From positions 1 to 55,154 of IMG/VR virus record IMGVR_UViG_3300042366_001387: a DNA stretch of 55,154 nt; one strand, 5' to 3'. The notes under the pieces are model-generated. The model saw only the letters and a program-made list of their open reading frames with translations, searched no databases and had not been told where the DNA came from. The first letter of the stretch is position 1, and each line of letters starts with the position of its first letter. The stretch comes from a virus (taxonomy: Duplodnaviria; Caudoviricetes). Made by a program: the position numbers and the translations under genes. This document shows positions 8,682 through 17,210 of this stretch, piece by piece.

Positions 8682-9422
8682 ATGTCTGAAAACGAAGTCT
8701 TTATTTTTCATGCAGAAAAGTTTTCTACCAACGAACTTTGGCAAATAGTCAGAGACAATGAGCAGCTAACGCGAGATGGTCACATAGGTGACTGCTTGAT
8801 GCGTCAAATTGCCGCCAGAGAGGCTCGCAATACATATACCGTACTCAGCATGGAATCAATAGCGGCAAGGGCGCAAAGAGAGCTACTTAAGCGTTACTTT
8901 CCATTTTTGATGCCATCCAAAGGGGAGGTCGTCGAGACAGATGCTCGTTTGCTTGTAAGAGAAATACTTGATCTACTTGATTATCATATTCCAGAAAGAG
9001 AAGCAGAATATGAAACCGCTTGGGAGCCGTGGAGAAAGAAAGCGCGTGCTTTGCTCGCTGAGCCAGTAGAACAGAACCCATGGCGTGCGGTAATCGACGA
9101 CGCCTTGGTTTGCAGGTTTCTACTAAACAAGGAAAATGAAAACGATCCAAAGAAAGCCCTGAACGACATTATCAATTGGGAGGTGCAAGTTTCAAAAGAC
9201 CCGCGAGTTTCCAGTGATGCACTTTTCGAGCCTGTTCCACTCTCTGAAAGAAAGCCAGAGCCAGGCGACTTGGATAACTGTGGCAGGTGCTGGTTAATAT
9301 CTGAAATTGGTGGCTCGAAGTGGGTCCTGGATGAGCCGCCAAGTGAAACTAATCACACTTGGTTTACCCACTTTGCCCCATGGTGGGCCTTGCCACGCCC
9401 CCGGCCCAAGCCTCTTGCGTAA
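8682..9422 (+). CDS. Mosaic phage protein with C-terminal DUF551-like module
   Basis: PVPLSERKP...GRCW...THFAPWWALP. Confidence 0.75.
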   Translation: MSENEVFIFHAEKFSTNELWQIVRDNEQLTRDGHIGDCLMRQIAAREARNTYTVLSMESIAARAQRELLKRYFPFLMPSKGEVVETDARLLVREILDLLDYHIPEREAEYETAWEPWRKKARALLAEPVEQNPWRAVIDDALVCRFLLNKENENDPKKALNDIINWEVQVSKDPRVSSDALFEPVPLSERKPEPGDLDNCGRCWLISEIGGSKWVLDEPPSETNHTWFTHFAPWWALPRPRPKPLA

Positions 9423-9443
9423 CGGCACTAATGGTGCTAAGCT
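9415..9443 (+). promoter_or_regulatory. sigma70 promoter with operator copy 3
   Basis: TTGCGT-17-TAAGCT; GCACT-AAT-GGTGC at 9425-9437. Confidence 0.8.
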
Positions 9444-9477
9444 TTGAAAGACGCTTAGCTTATTTATTTTTGTCTTA

Positions 9478-9786
9478 ATGAACAACATCAATGAATGGAT
9501 TACAGATCGCCCTCCCACCGCTGTTGATGGCGACGAAGAGGGAGATGTTTGCATGGTCACCGGCCCTGGTCGAGACAGGGAAGAAGAATACGTCTATATT
9601 CATTGGAGCTATGTTGGCCAAAGGGCGCCATGGAGGCACTCTCGTAATTGGGAGCCACCTGATGAGTCTGCTCCCGCTGAGCCCGACCGCATCGCCGCAC
9701 TGGAGCAGCGTATATCAGAACTGGAAAAAGTTGTTGATTACTTGATTAAGTGTCCGAACAGTCGTCGCTCTATGGGGATTTTATGA
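9478..9786 (+). CDS. Phage hypothetical protein (WITDRxPT family)
   Basis: WITDRPPTAVDGD; paralog at 37026-37244. Confidence 0.75.
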   Translation: MNNINEWITDRPPTAVDGDEEGDVCMVTGPGRDREEEYVYIHWSYVGQRAPWRHSRNWEPPDESAPAEPDRIAALEQRISELEKVVDYLIKCPNSRRSMGIL

Positions 9787-10007
9787 CATACAGCAATGGA
9801 ACTACTGGAGCTATTCGTTGCAAGTATTGCGGGCGCCCAATAGCCAGTCATGGCTATATGGACAAGCTGACCTGGGTTAATGGCGAGCCCTTTCGCTACC
9901 AATGCACGCTCCCTCCGTCTCCTGACAATACAAGCGATAGGCGATACTCGCCATACGATCTTGGCTCTCTGGGGCTGTCTCAAAACACCTTAAAAGCTCA
10001 ACCATGA
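9783..10007 (+). CDS. Hypothetical protein with CxxC
   Basis: ATGA overlap; CKYCG. Confidence 0.55.
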   Translation: MTYSNGTTGAIRCKYCGRPIASHGYMDKLTWVNGEPFRYQCTLPPSPDNTSDRRYSPYDLGSLGLSQNTLKAQP

Positions 10008-10300
10008 AAAACTTTCTTTCTCGTCTTATCTCTCGAATTAAGTCAAAGCCTTTGAAAGGCGAAGTAAGGTCTTCGCTTGCTTTTGGTATTGCTGCTTTTC
10101 AAATCAAGGAACCAATTTCGCTTTCAAAAGAAAGGCCTGGGGCGGATGATGTGGATGCCAAGGGGCGTTGTCTTTATGGCCTTTGGAACAAAGAACAGGA
10201 TGCTTGGGAGTTTGGTTTGCAGGGTTGCCCTTATGTCGGAGATACTCATTGGCTTCCAGTTTCCTGTGAAGTCGTGCCACATAAAATCTTTAAGCCATGA
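10004..10300 (+). CDS. DUF551-like phage protein
   Basis: PISLSKERPGADDVDAKGRC...THWLP. Confidence 0.7.
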   Translation: MKNFLSRLISRIKSKPLKGEVRSSLAFGIAAFQIKEPISLSKERPGADDVDAKGRCLYGLWNKEQDAWEFGLQGCPYVGDTHWLPVSCEVVPHKIFKP

Positions 10301-10330
10301 ATTTTGTTTTGTCTTTGAGCAATTAAACAA

Positions 10331-10726
10331 ATGAATACAGAGCAGCTGATTGTATCTGAAGAGCTAAAAGCAAAATGGCGAGAAGAGGCGCCTCGTTACA
10401 GAGACGGGGGCGCTGGTCGAGAATCGTGGTTGATCGACAAAGCGGCGAACCAGGGATTTGAGTGGGGGCGGGAAAGCATAGACGAATCTTTAACCGTAAA
10501 GCTCACCTACTTCAAGCAGCGTGGTAAATACTACAGCGATGGTGAGTTCAGAGTTCACAAAAGCGTGTCTCTTTTTCAGATTTGGGATGACGTGATTCAA
10601 AGGAGGGATAGCGGCAATCTTCCTGGGCTGGTTGAGGGTGCGGGCAAAGAATTTATCATTTTGGTGAACGTGCCTGGGCACGATCACGAGCACCCTCGCT
10701 TAATCATGCCAGATGCCAAACACTGA
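10331..10726 (+). CDS. Mosaic phage hypothetical protein
   Basis: LTYFKQRGKYYSDG...LPGL...HPRLI module. Confidence 0.75.
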   Translation: MNTEQLIVSEELKAKWREEAPRYRDGGAGRESWLIDKAANQGFEWGRESIDESLTVKLTYFKQRGKYYSDGEFRVHKSVSLFQIWDDVIQRRDSGNLPGLVEGAGKEFIILVNVPGHDHEHPRLIMPDAKH

Positions 10727-10886
10727 AATGAACATTTACTTTTACGGAAGTGGCTGCCTCGCTATGTGGATGCTACTTTCGGTGCTTGACAAGCTGACTG
10801 CTCAGACTATCGCACTGGCTTTCCTATGGCCATTCATTTGGCCGGTATATGTAATTTCTGCACTGCTTGACAATGCCTCAGGCTGA
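10713..10886 (+). CDS. Small putative membrane protein (57 aa, below the ORF-track cutoff)
   Basis: MPNTEMNIYFYGSGCLAMWMLL...IALAFLWPFIWPVYVI; fills the gap and overlaps both neighbours. Confidence 0.5.
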   Translation: MPNTEMNIYFYGSGCLAMWMLLSVLDKLTAQTIALAFLWPFIWPVYVISALLDNASG

Positions 10887-11082
10887 TTTGTTCGCTAAAG
10901 TTTCACTTATCGGTGGCCCGTATGATGGTCTTTCCATGAAAGTAACGCCGTCACACTGGATTTGCGTCCCCGAGTTTAATTGCTTTGGGGAGCTTGAACA
11001 TGTTTACGAGCGCGTCGCACCTAACAGATTTGAATACTGGAAAGTGCGTCGATGCTGCGATCCCCTGCCTCCTATTCGTTAG
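10873..11082 (+). CDS. Hypothetical protein
   Basis: LIGGPYDG motif common in small phage ORFs. Confidence 0.65.
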   Translation: MPQADLFAKVSLIGGPYDGLSMKVTPSHWICVPEFNCFGELEHVYERVAPNRFEYWKVRRCCDPLPPIR

Positions 11083-11095
11083 ACAGTGCTCGAAA

Positions 11096-11884
11096 ATGTC
11101 TCAAGCTGACGCTTTTGATTGTTGCACCAAGATAATCACGCGATTGTCTGAAATAGAGCAAGAGCATTCTGTTGAGATTCTCTACGCGGCAGAATCTGGC
11201 TCAAGGGCCTGGGGTTTTGAATCCCCCGACTCAGACTATGACGTGCGTTTCATCTATAGACATAAAGAAGACTGGTATCTGAAAGTGATGCCAGATAGAG
11301 ATGTTATCGAGTATCCAATTGTTGACGAGTTTGACTATTCTGGCTGGGATGTTAGAAAAGCTCTGTTTTTGCTGAATAAGGGCAATCCAGTGCTCATGGA
11401 ATGGCTCAGATCCCCAATGATTTACAAAGTTAATCTTGATTTCTATCAAGAGCTGTACGAACTAAGTAAGTCTTGCTTTTCAGAGATAGCATCTGCGTAT
11501 CACTATATTCATATGGCGAAGAAAAACTTTAAGGAATACTTGAAGAGTGATTTAGTTAGAACTAAGAAATACTTTTATGTTCTCCGCCCTGTGCTTGCCT
11601 GTATGTGGATCGAGAAGTATCACAAATCCCCGCCCATGCCATTTGCGCAATTGCTGCACGAATGCGATGTGCCAGAAGCTGTACTGAAAGAGATCTTGGT
11701 CTTGCTCGAAAGAAAGAAAAGTCAGAAGGAGCTTGGCAAGGGGATGAGAATTCAGGTAATCAATGATTTCCTTGATGAGAAAATTGCATACTTTGAAACC
11801 ACTGCTCATGGTTTCAGTCCGGGGCAAAAAAGAACAATCGAACCCATCAATCGATTGCTGTGTAAAACGGTAAAAGCCAGATAA
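11096..11884 (+). CDS. Pol-beta-superfamily nucleotidyltransferase (RlaP/YcgL-like)
   Basis: ESGSRAWGFESPDSDYDVRFIY, SGWDVRKAL, GNPVLMEWLRSP, KKYFYVLRP. Confidence 0.92.
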   Translation: MSQADAFDCCTKIITRLSEIEQEHSVEILYAAESGSRAWGFESPDSDYDVRFIYRHKEDWYLKVMPDRDVIEYPIVDEFDYSGWDVRKALFLLNKGNPVLMEWLRSPMIYKVNLDFYQELYELSKSCFSEIASAYHYIHMAKKNFKEYLKSDLVRTKKYFYVLRPVLACMWIEKYHKSPPMPFAQLLHECDVPEAVLKEILVLLERKKSQKELGKGMRIQVINDFLDEKIAYFETTAHGFSPGQKRTIEPINRLLCKTVKAR

Positions 11885-11889
11885 CTACA

Positions 11890-12334
11890 AAAACAAGAAA
11901 GACCCGAAGCTTTCAGGGCCTCGGGTCTCTCTATGATCCTTCGCGCTTGCCAAATGGGTCGAGGGCGCAACTGTGGATCAGTCAGTGCGGGGGTGATCAG
12001 TCCCCGGCCTGCAAATACAGGACTTTGCCCGATGCAACGACTGGAGATTTCCGGTCCATGCAGAGCGGGAACACAACCCGGAGATTCCTACTGTCGCGTC
12101 TGGCGCGGATTCAGAACCAAAGAAAGGGTTGTATCGAAGATGGGTAGCTCGAAGTTGGTGAGAGAATGCCATGGCTAATGACAAGCTTTGAAATCACCGG
12201 GCGAGCATCCATCTTCATTTCCAGTATTTGCTAGGTTTTCCGGTTGCAACACTGGCAAACTCCCCGGAAACCGCCCTGCCGCCGAAGCAGGGTCTTTGTT
12301 GCGGCCTACAGCCCGGTAGGGGCTTTGAGTCGCT
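11890..12334 (-). ncRNA. Candidate large structured non-coding RNA (~440 nt)
   Basis: No credible ORF; about 10 consecutive helices plus an 8-bp pseudoknot; extended -10 upstream and terminator downstream. Confidence 0.6.
11897..11931 (-). terminator. Intrinsic terminator (primarily - strand; may be bidirectional)
   Basis: - strand GAGAGACCCGAGG/CUUCGGGUCUUUC 13-bp stem with 2 G-U pairs, then UUGUUUUU. Confidence 0.85.
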
Positions 12335-12339
12335 CAGGG

Positions 12340-12360
12340 ATTCTATCACGGATTGCGTGA
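12340..12360 (-). promoter_or_regulatory. Extended -10 promoter overlapped by palindrome TCACG-N5-CGTGA
   Basis: - strand TGaTAGAAT at 12348-12340; no recognisable -35. Confidence 0.6.
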
Positions 12361-12594
12361 AAGAAAGACCCTGCCCCATGAGCCCTCGTCTTGGTCCGAG
12401 TTGAACCAGCGAATGCGCCCAAAGCATCCCTTTTCGGGCTGACAACCAAACCACCAGAGCTGATCTCGATCTGGCTGATGCCAAATAACTCTTTTCGATT
12501 CACTTTTATCTTTAATAGAAACCACTATCTTTACAAGCTTTCCAATAAATGTCTTATTGCCTTCACTGTCGGTAAAATGCAAAGATCTTTCCAT
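12346..12594 (-). CDS. Hypothetical protein
   Basis: 82-aa ATG ORF following the structural island. Confidence 0.5.
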   Translation of the reverse strand: MERSLHFTDSEGNKTFIGKLVKIVVSIKDKSESKRVIWHQPDRDQLWWFGCQPEKGCFGRIRWFNSDQDEGSWGRVFLSRNP

Positions 12595-12649
12595 GTTTTA
12601 GAAGTCAAAAGCCTGAGCTTTTTAATTCTATCACACAGTCTTTTCTTTG

Positions 12650-12883
12650 TCATGTGCCTGTAACTGGAATGCCCAAGGGCCAGATCTGCCCAGTGGTGGG
12701 GATGGTCGGGCCGGGGGGTTCGGGAGTGCCGCCAAACGAGATCGCCACGCTTGCTCCACCATCATGTACACGCGAGACAGGCTCGCGGTATGGATCGCCG
12801 CTGCCGACCACCACACCGGCGAAAGACGGGCCCGAGATGGCGATGCTGGTTTGCCCTGAAGGGCTCTGATTGATCGTTGCCAT
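12650..12883 (-). CDS. Small putative virion protein B (MATINQSP family)
   Basis: TGATG coupling to the upstream gene; paralog of 15848-16135. Confidence 0.75.
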   Translation of the reverse strand: MATINQSPSGQTSIAISGPSFAGVVVGSGDPYREPVSRVHDGGASVAISFGGTPEPPGPTIPTTGQIWPLGIPVTGT

Positions 12884-13875
12884 CAGACCATGCGGGCGAG
12901 GAAGAGAGGGGTGGCAATGGTCCCCGCAGTGCCTGCGGTTTCAGCCAGCACCTGCCATTCTTCAGTGCCTGCAGTGACTACCAGCGTGTCGCCGGGGTCG
13001 AAGGCATTGCTGGCGAAGTGGAAGCTCAGACCGAAATCAGAAGGCAGCGATTCAGCAACATAAGGGTGGAATGGCAGGCTGTGGAATACGGGGTTGCTGT
13101 CGGCGGTGTAGGCGGGGTTTGCGGTGGCCGAGGCGGTGGGGAGGGGGATGAATCCCGTGGTGCCGTAGTTGCCAACACCACTATTACTGACCCTTCCGGT
13201 TACTCCATACGAACAAAGGGTTCTAGCGACAATGCTATTAGTATAATTCGTTAGGCTCGTGTCACCAATTAGGTAGGTCCCCACCGCGATTTCTCGCCTA
13301 AGCGAAGGCCCGCGATCAAACTGAATAACTCCAGAGTTGTTGTCAATCAGCGGCGCAACATGCAGAAGCCCATTGAAAAACCCCTTGCTTAAATCCAACC
13401 ACGAACGCACCGTAACGCCTTTCAGGATCGTAAACGTCCGATCAACGCCACCGCTGCGCTTGATCGTAAACCAGCTCTGATCCGCATCCACGCCTGAGGT
13501 GTAGCGCACTAGCTCCACGGTGTTCGACGTGGCAGCAGCGAACATCTGCCAGTGGTTGGTCGTTGCGTTGGTTGTAGCGAGGAAGTAGTCCAGATACTGC
13601 GTACCAGTTGGAACATCCGTCGAAGCATTCCAGCCAGTCGCTACATGCAGCCACACGCCAGTCGTGGCAAACATGAACCAGTAGTAAGTCTTGCCATACG
13701 TCTTGGTGCCGTCGTAGGTGACTTCCAGCACGCGATTCTCAATGCCGCCATTGGCGAATGAGTCATACCAATCCGTCATCAAACCCGCGTCGATGAAGGC
13801 ATTGCGGAACAGATTAGCCAACTGGCTAGCGGTCCAGGTAGCTGTTGCGGTGTAAGTCTGTTTGGTGCAGGCCAT
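12883..13875 (-). CDS. Putative virion/tail-associated protein A, paralog 3
   Basis: MACTKQTYT...AFIDAGLM...YDGTKTYG...PLFLARMV; Thr/Ser/Gly-rich. Confidence 0.8.
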   Translation of the reverse strand: MACTKQTYTATATWTASQLANLFRNAFIDAGLMTDWYDSFANGGIENRVLEVTYDGTKTYGKTYYWFMFATTGVWLHVATGWNASTDVPTGTQYLDYFLATTNATTNHWQMFAAATSNTVELVRYTSGVDADQSWFTIKRSGGVDRTFTILKGVTVRSWLDLSKGFFNGLLHVAPLIDNNSGVIQFDRGPSLRREIAVGTYLIGDTSLTNYTNSIVARTLCSYGVTGRVSNSGVGNYGTTGFIPLPTASATANPAYTADSNPVFHSLPFHPYVAESLPSDFGLSFHFASNAFDPGDTLVVTAGTEEWQVLAETAGTAGTIATPLFLARMV

Positions 13876-13918
13876 GATCAAAAAACGAAAGAATGAGTTT
13901 TACGGAGGTGGCTAGCTG

Positions 13919-14599
13919 TTAATCCTGTGGAATGGGTAAGCCGTAAGCAAGAATCCCAAAATTAAAATATAGCTCTCTATTTACAGTATCCATATTAACA
14001 ACCCGAACAAATATCTCCCCAAAAGATGTGAGCACCATCGGAATAGGGGAAAACCTGATAAGCTGTGGAGATTCTGTGGTTACGACTTCTGCGTAAAAGT
14101 CTGTTCCGGCTGCTGGTGGTATTCCGCCTGGACTGGTTCGCGTATCAGCCGCTCTTGCATCACTTGTTCCATAGACACGAACCCATGCTGGATTGGTTGA
14201 ATATATTGCCAGTATGTTGAAAATTAGCGGAGAGCTTAATGAAACGTCTTCTACGCCGCCAGGCAGCAAGCTCTCGGTTGTATGTTCAATGTAGTCAAGG
14301 CTGATGGGCTGATCGCCTGGGACCCACTTATTAAGTGATGAACTATAGACGAGTGGTTGATTGTCTGACGGAGTATTTGATATAACGTCTACGTCTTCAA
14401 GCTCTGAGAGATTCTTTACTCCGCCCCCGTCCCCGCCAGTGCCGGCGAGTCCCCTCATCGCCACGATTGCCATGCGAGAGGGCGTCGAAGCTGTCAGCGT
14501 GGTGGATTCACTGCTTGATGTTGAAATCGTCATCTGCGAAGCAGCTTCGGCGGCAATACCCGCTTGACTATCTTTTGGCGGAACAGAAATGCTGGCCAT
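13919..14599 (-). CDS. Putative tail-fibre-related protein
   Basis: LSELEDVDV...LVYSSSLNKWVP fibre motif; C-terminal AWVRVY...RAAD.R...AEVVT domain seen in cyanophage fibre proteins. Confidence 0.7.
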   Translation of the reverse strand: MASISVPPKDSQAGIAAEAASQMTISTSSSESTTLTASTPSRMAIVAMRGLAGTGGDGGGVKNLSELEDVDVISNTPSDNQPLVYSSSLNKWVPGDQPISLDYIEHTTESLLPGGVEDVSLSSPLIFNILAIYSTNPAWVRVYGTSDARAADTRTSPGGIPPAAGTDFYAEVVTTESPQLIRFSPIPMVLTSFGEIFVRVVNMDTVNRELYFNFGILAYGLPIPQD

Positions 14600-14617
14600 T
14601 TGCAACTTTAGTTAAGA

Positions 14618-15616
14618 TCAGACTAGCCGCGCCAAGAACAGCGGATTGGCAGCGTCTGCTGAGCTGTTATTGGCAAAGTTAAGTACCTCCCATTCTTCAA
14701 CACCAGCCGTGACCACGATGCTATCGCCAAAACTGAAGCTAGTGCTGGTGTAGGGGAAGTAAACACCAAAGTCCTCCGGCAGCGGCTCGTTCACATAGAA
14801 CGAATAGGAGCAGCCGAATAGGACGGGGGTGTAATTAGAGGCAAACGGCAGGTTGGTGCGCTGCAGGCGATAGGGGACGGAGATGACGTTGTTATTTGTA
14901 TCAGCACTAGAGGAAGAGCCAGTAGGGGCGCCAATACTGCTGTATCCGAAAAGTCTTTTGCTTATCGCATAGACAAAGTTTTCCGTTCTACTCCTTGCAC
15001 CTTGGCTCTGCGCGTAGCTTCTGCGCAGCCTGTAAATATCCTGAAAATGAACCCGTCCTATGCTGGTATCACTCGTAGTGCTTGCTTCCATCAGCATATT
15101 CACAGCATGATGGAAAAATACCTGATCCAAATCCAGCCACGGCACCAGCGTCGCGGAACTTGGCGTGATCATAAATGGATAAGGCGTTGCGCCATTCCTG
15201 ATCACAAACCACGAATAGTCCGGGTTGTCGGTGCTGGTGTAGCGAACGACGTTAATCTCTGTGCTGTTTGACAGCGTGCCAGCCAGTGAAAAATGGTTGG
15301 CCGTGGTGTTGGTTGCCGTGCTGTAGAAATCCGTGTATTGCGTCCCGGTTGGCACATGCGTCGTGGCGTTCCATCCGCTTGCTACACTAATCCCGATTGT
15401 GCTAGTTGAAATGACAAACCAGTAATAACAGGTGCCGTAAGTCTTGGTGCCGTCATATACCACCTGCAAGATTCTGTTTTCAACATTGCCGCTCAGGAAT
15501 GAGTCATACCAGCTCGTCATCAAGCCAGCATCAATAAACGCATCCTCCAGCAACTGCGCTGCACTTGATGCAAGCCATGGGGCAGCCGCTGAATAGGTTT
15601 CCTTAGTGGCGGGCAT
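14618..15616 (-). CDS. Putative virion/tail-associated protein A, paralog 2
   Basis: TKETYSA...AFIDAGLM...YDGTKTYG...PLFLARLV. Confidence 0.8.
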   Translation of the reverse strand: MPATKETYSAAAPWLASSAAQLLEDAFIDAGLMTSWYDSFLSGNVENRILQVVYDGTKTYGTCYYWFVISTSTIGISVASGWNATTHVPTGTQYTDFYSTATNTTANHFSLAGTLSNSTEINVVRYTSTDNPDYSWFVIRNGATPYPFMITPSSATLVPWLDLDQVFFHHAVNMLMEASTTSDTSIGRVHFQDIYRLRRSYAQSQGARSRTENFVYAISKRLFGYSSIGAPTGSSSSADTNNNVISVPYRLQRTNLPFASNYTPVLFGCSYSFYVNEPLPEDFGVYFPYTSTSFSFGDSIVVTAGVEEWEVLNFANNSSADAANPLFLARLV

Positions 15617-15676
15617 GGCGAAACTGCGGCTCTAGGCCTATTTTAGTTGATGCCACGCTAGCTGAGGTCAGCGATC

Positions 15677-15817
15677 TTATTCCTCAACGTCGGATGGCTG
15701 TATTATGTCGGCCATGGCTGCCACCAATGGCAGGGTTAACGCCAGAGAAGCAGCGAGCGGCAGAGGGATCGCCGGAATCAAGACAATCGAGGCAATGATC
15801 AATACAGCGCCTGCCAT
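15677..15817 (-). CDS. Possible 46-aa membrane peptide
   Basis: MAGAVLIIASIVLIPAIPLPLAASLALTLPLVAAMADIIQPSDVEE; fills the gap. Confidence 0.35.
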   Translation of the reverse strand: MAGAVLIIASIVLIPAIPLPLAASLALTLPLVAAMADIIQPSDVEE

Positions 15818-15847
15818 CGTTAAAAGCCTCTGCTTCGATTGCCGAGT

Positions 15848-16135
15848 TCACGACTGCGGCCAAACCCCGGCACGCTTAGCCGCAATATGGTCGTCTAGCG
15901 TGAACATTCCGCTGGCCGAGGATTCTGATACCTCTGTGTTTTTGCCCAGTAGCTGAGCCGGAATAGCCAAGACACTGCCAGCCACTTCTCCACCGAAGCT
16001 GACGGCAACGCTGGGGCTGCCGACGACCTTGCGCGACTGCCGGAACGGCGTACCACTGGCCTCGATGTCGTCAAAGCCGATCCCCGATAGCGTGACACTG
16101 GCCTGCCCTGCTGGTGATTGGTTGATGGTTGCCAT
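15848..16135 (-). CDS. Small putative virion protein B (MATINQSP family)
   Basis: Paralog of 12650-12883; TGATG coupling. Confidence 0.75.
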   Translation of the reverse strand: MATINQSPAGQASVTLSGIGFDDIEASGTPFRQSRKVVGSPSVAVSFGGEVAGSVLAIPAQLLGKNTEVSESSASGMFTLDDHIAAKRAGVWPQS

Positions 16136-17208
16136 CAGATCATCCTCGCCAGGAACAGTGGAGAGGCGCCGGTCACGGCAGAGGCGTTAGCGGCGAAGTC
16201 GAGCACCTCCCATTCCTCAGTGCCGGCGCTCACCACGAAGGTGTCACCCTGACTGAATGAGTTGGTGGCGTAGTGAAAGGTTAGGCCAAAATCACTTGGC
16301 AATGATTCCGTGATGTACGGCATGAACGGCATACTGTGAAACACAGGATTGCTGTTGCTGGTAAAGGCAGGGTTGGTGCCGCTGAAGTTGCTGGGGAGGA
16401 TGATGGTATGAGCGCCAAAGCCGCCGCTGCTGGGGGAGCCGAGCTGGTTGGTGTTCGCGGAAAAACGCTCAGCATTTGCAAAAAAATTATTAGAACTATT
16501 TCCAGGCGCTCCATATCCAAGGATTGCTATGCCCGTCGAAGTAAATGAGTTTGATGTAGCCAGTGTGCCCGCGTAATTATTTGAGCTTGTGCTTCCATTA
16601 AGGGCGCCACCTAGTGCTAGATCCCGCCTAAGCGAAGGGCCGCGCATAAGACTTAACACGCCACCGCGATGAGTCCAGGTTGAAGGGTAGACCCAGACAA
16701 AGCCAGCAAAAAATCCCTTTGCCAAATCCATCCACGGCTGCACAGTCATGGCGCCATTGACGATAGTGAAGCAGCGCCGATCTGCGCCGCTCTTAAGGAC
16801 AAACCAGCTTTGATCCGTGTCCACGCCACTGGTGTAGCGCACCAGCTCTACAGTATTGGCAGTGGACGCACTGAAGATTTGCGAGTGGTTGGCTGTTGAG
16901 TTTGTCGTGGTGGCGAAGAAGTCCAGATATTGCGTGCCAGTCGGCTGATCCGTCGAAGCATTCCACCCCGTTGCTACATGGAGAAACACTCCACTGGTCG
17001 AGAACATAAACCAGTAGTAAGTTTTGCCGTATGCCTTAGTCCCGTCGTAGGTGACTTCCAGGATACGATTCTCGATGCTGCCGCTCAGGAACGAATCGAA
17101 CCAGGCTGTCATCAGCCCAGCATCAATAAACGCATCGCGGAAAAGGTTGGCCACTTGGTCTGGCGTCCAGGTAGCAACTGCCGTGTAGGTTTCTTTGGTG
17201 CAGGCCAT
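16135..17208 (-). CDS. Putative virion/tail-associated protein A, paralog 1
   Basis: MACTKETYT...PLFLARMI. Confidence 0.8.
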   Translation of the reverse strand: MACTKETYTAVATWTPDQVANLFRDAFIDAGLMTAWFDSFLSGSIENRILEVTYDGTKAYGKTYYWFMFSTSGVFLHVATGWNASTDQPTGTQYLDFFATTTNSTANHSQIFSASTANTVELVRYTSGVDTDQSWFVLKSGADRRCFTIVNGAMTVQPWMDLAKGFFAGFVWVYPSTWTHRGGVLSLMRGPSLRRDLALGGALNGSTSSNNYAGTLATSNSFTSTGIAILGYGAPGNSSNNFFANAERFSANTNQLGSPSSGGFGAHTIILPSNFSGTNPAFTSNSNPVFHSMPFMPYITESLPSDFGLTFHYATNSFSQGDTFVVSAGTEEWEVLDFAANASAVTGASPLFLARMI

Positions 17209-17210
17209 GA

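Noticed and set aside
11890-12334. tmRNA, RNase P RNA, hammerhead or group I/II intron identity for the RNA candidate
   Set aside because: No tRNA-like ends or tag ORF; GGGCAAAGUCC only loosely resembles the RNase P motif and lacks its partner; CUGAUCA is not the CUGAnGA core; no intron core motifs or interrupted gene.
11933-12503. Short ORFs 11933-12178, 11947-12147, 11978-12184, 12215-12484, 12306-12503
   Set aside because: They overlap one another, are Arg/Ser/Gly/Cys-rich with no motifs, and are better explained as by-products of a structured RNA.
12883-17208. Diversity-generating retroelement acting on the paralogs
   Set aside because: No reverse transcriptase in the window; differences are not adenine-specific and include indels.
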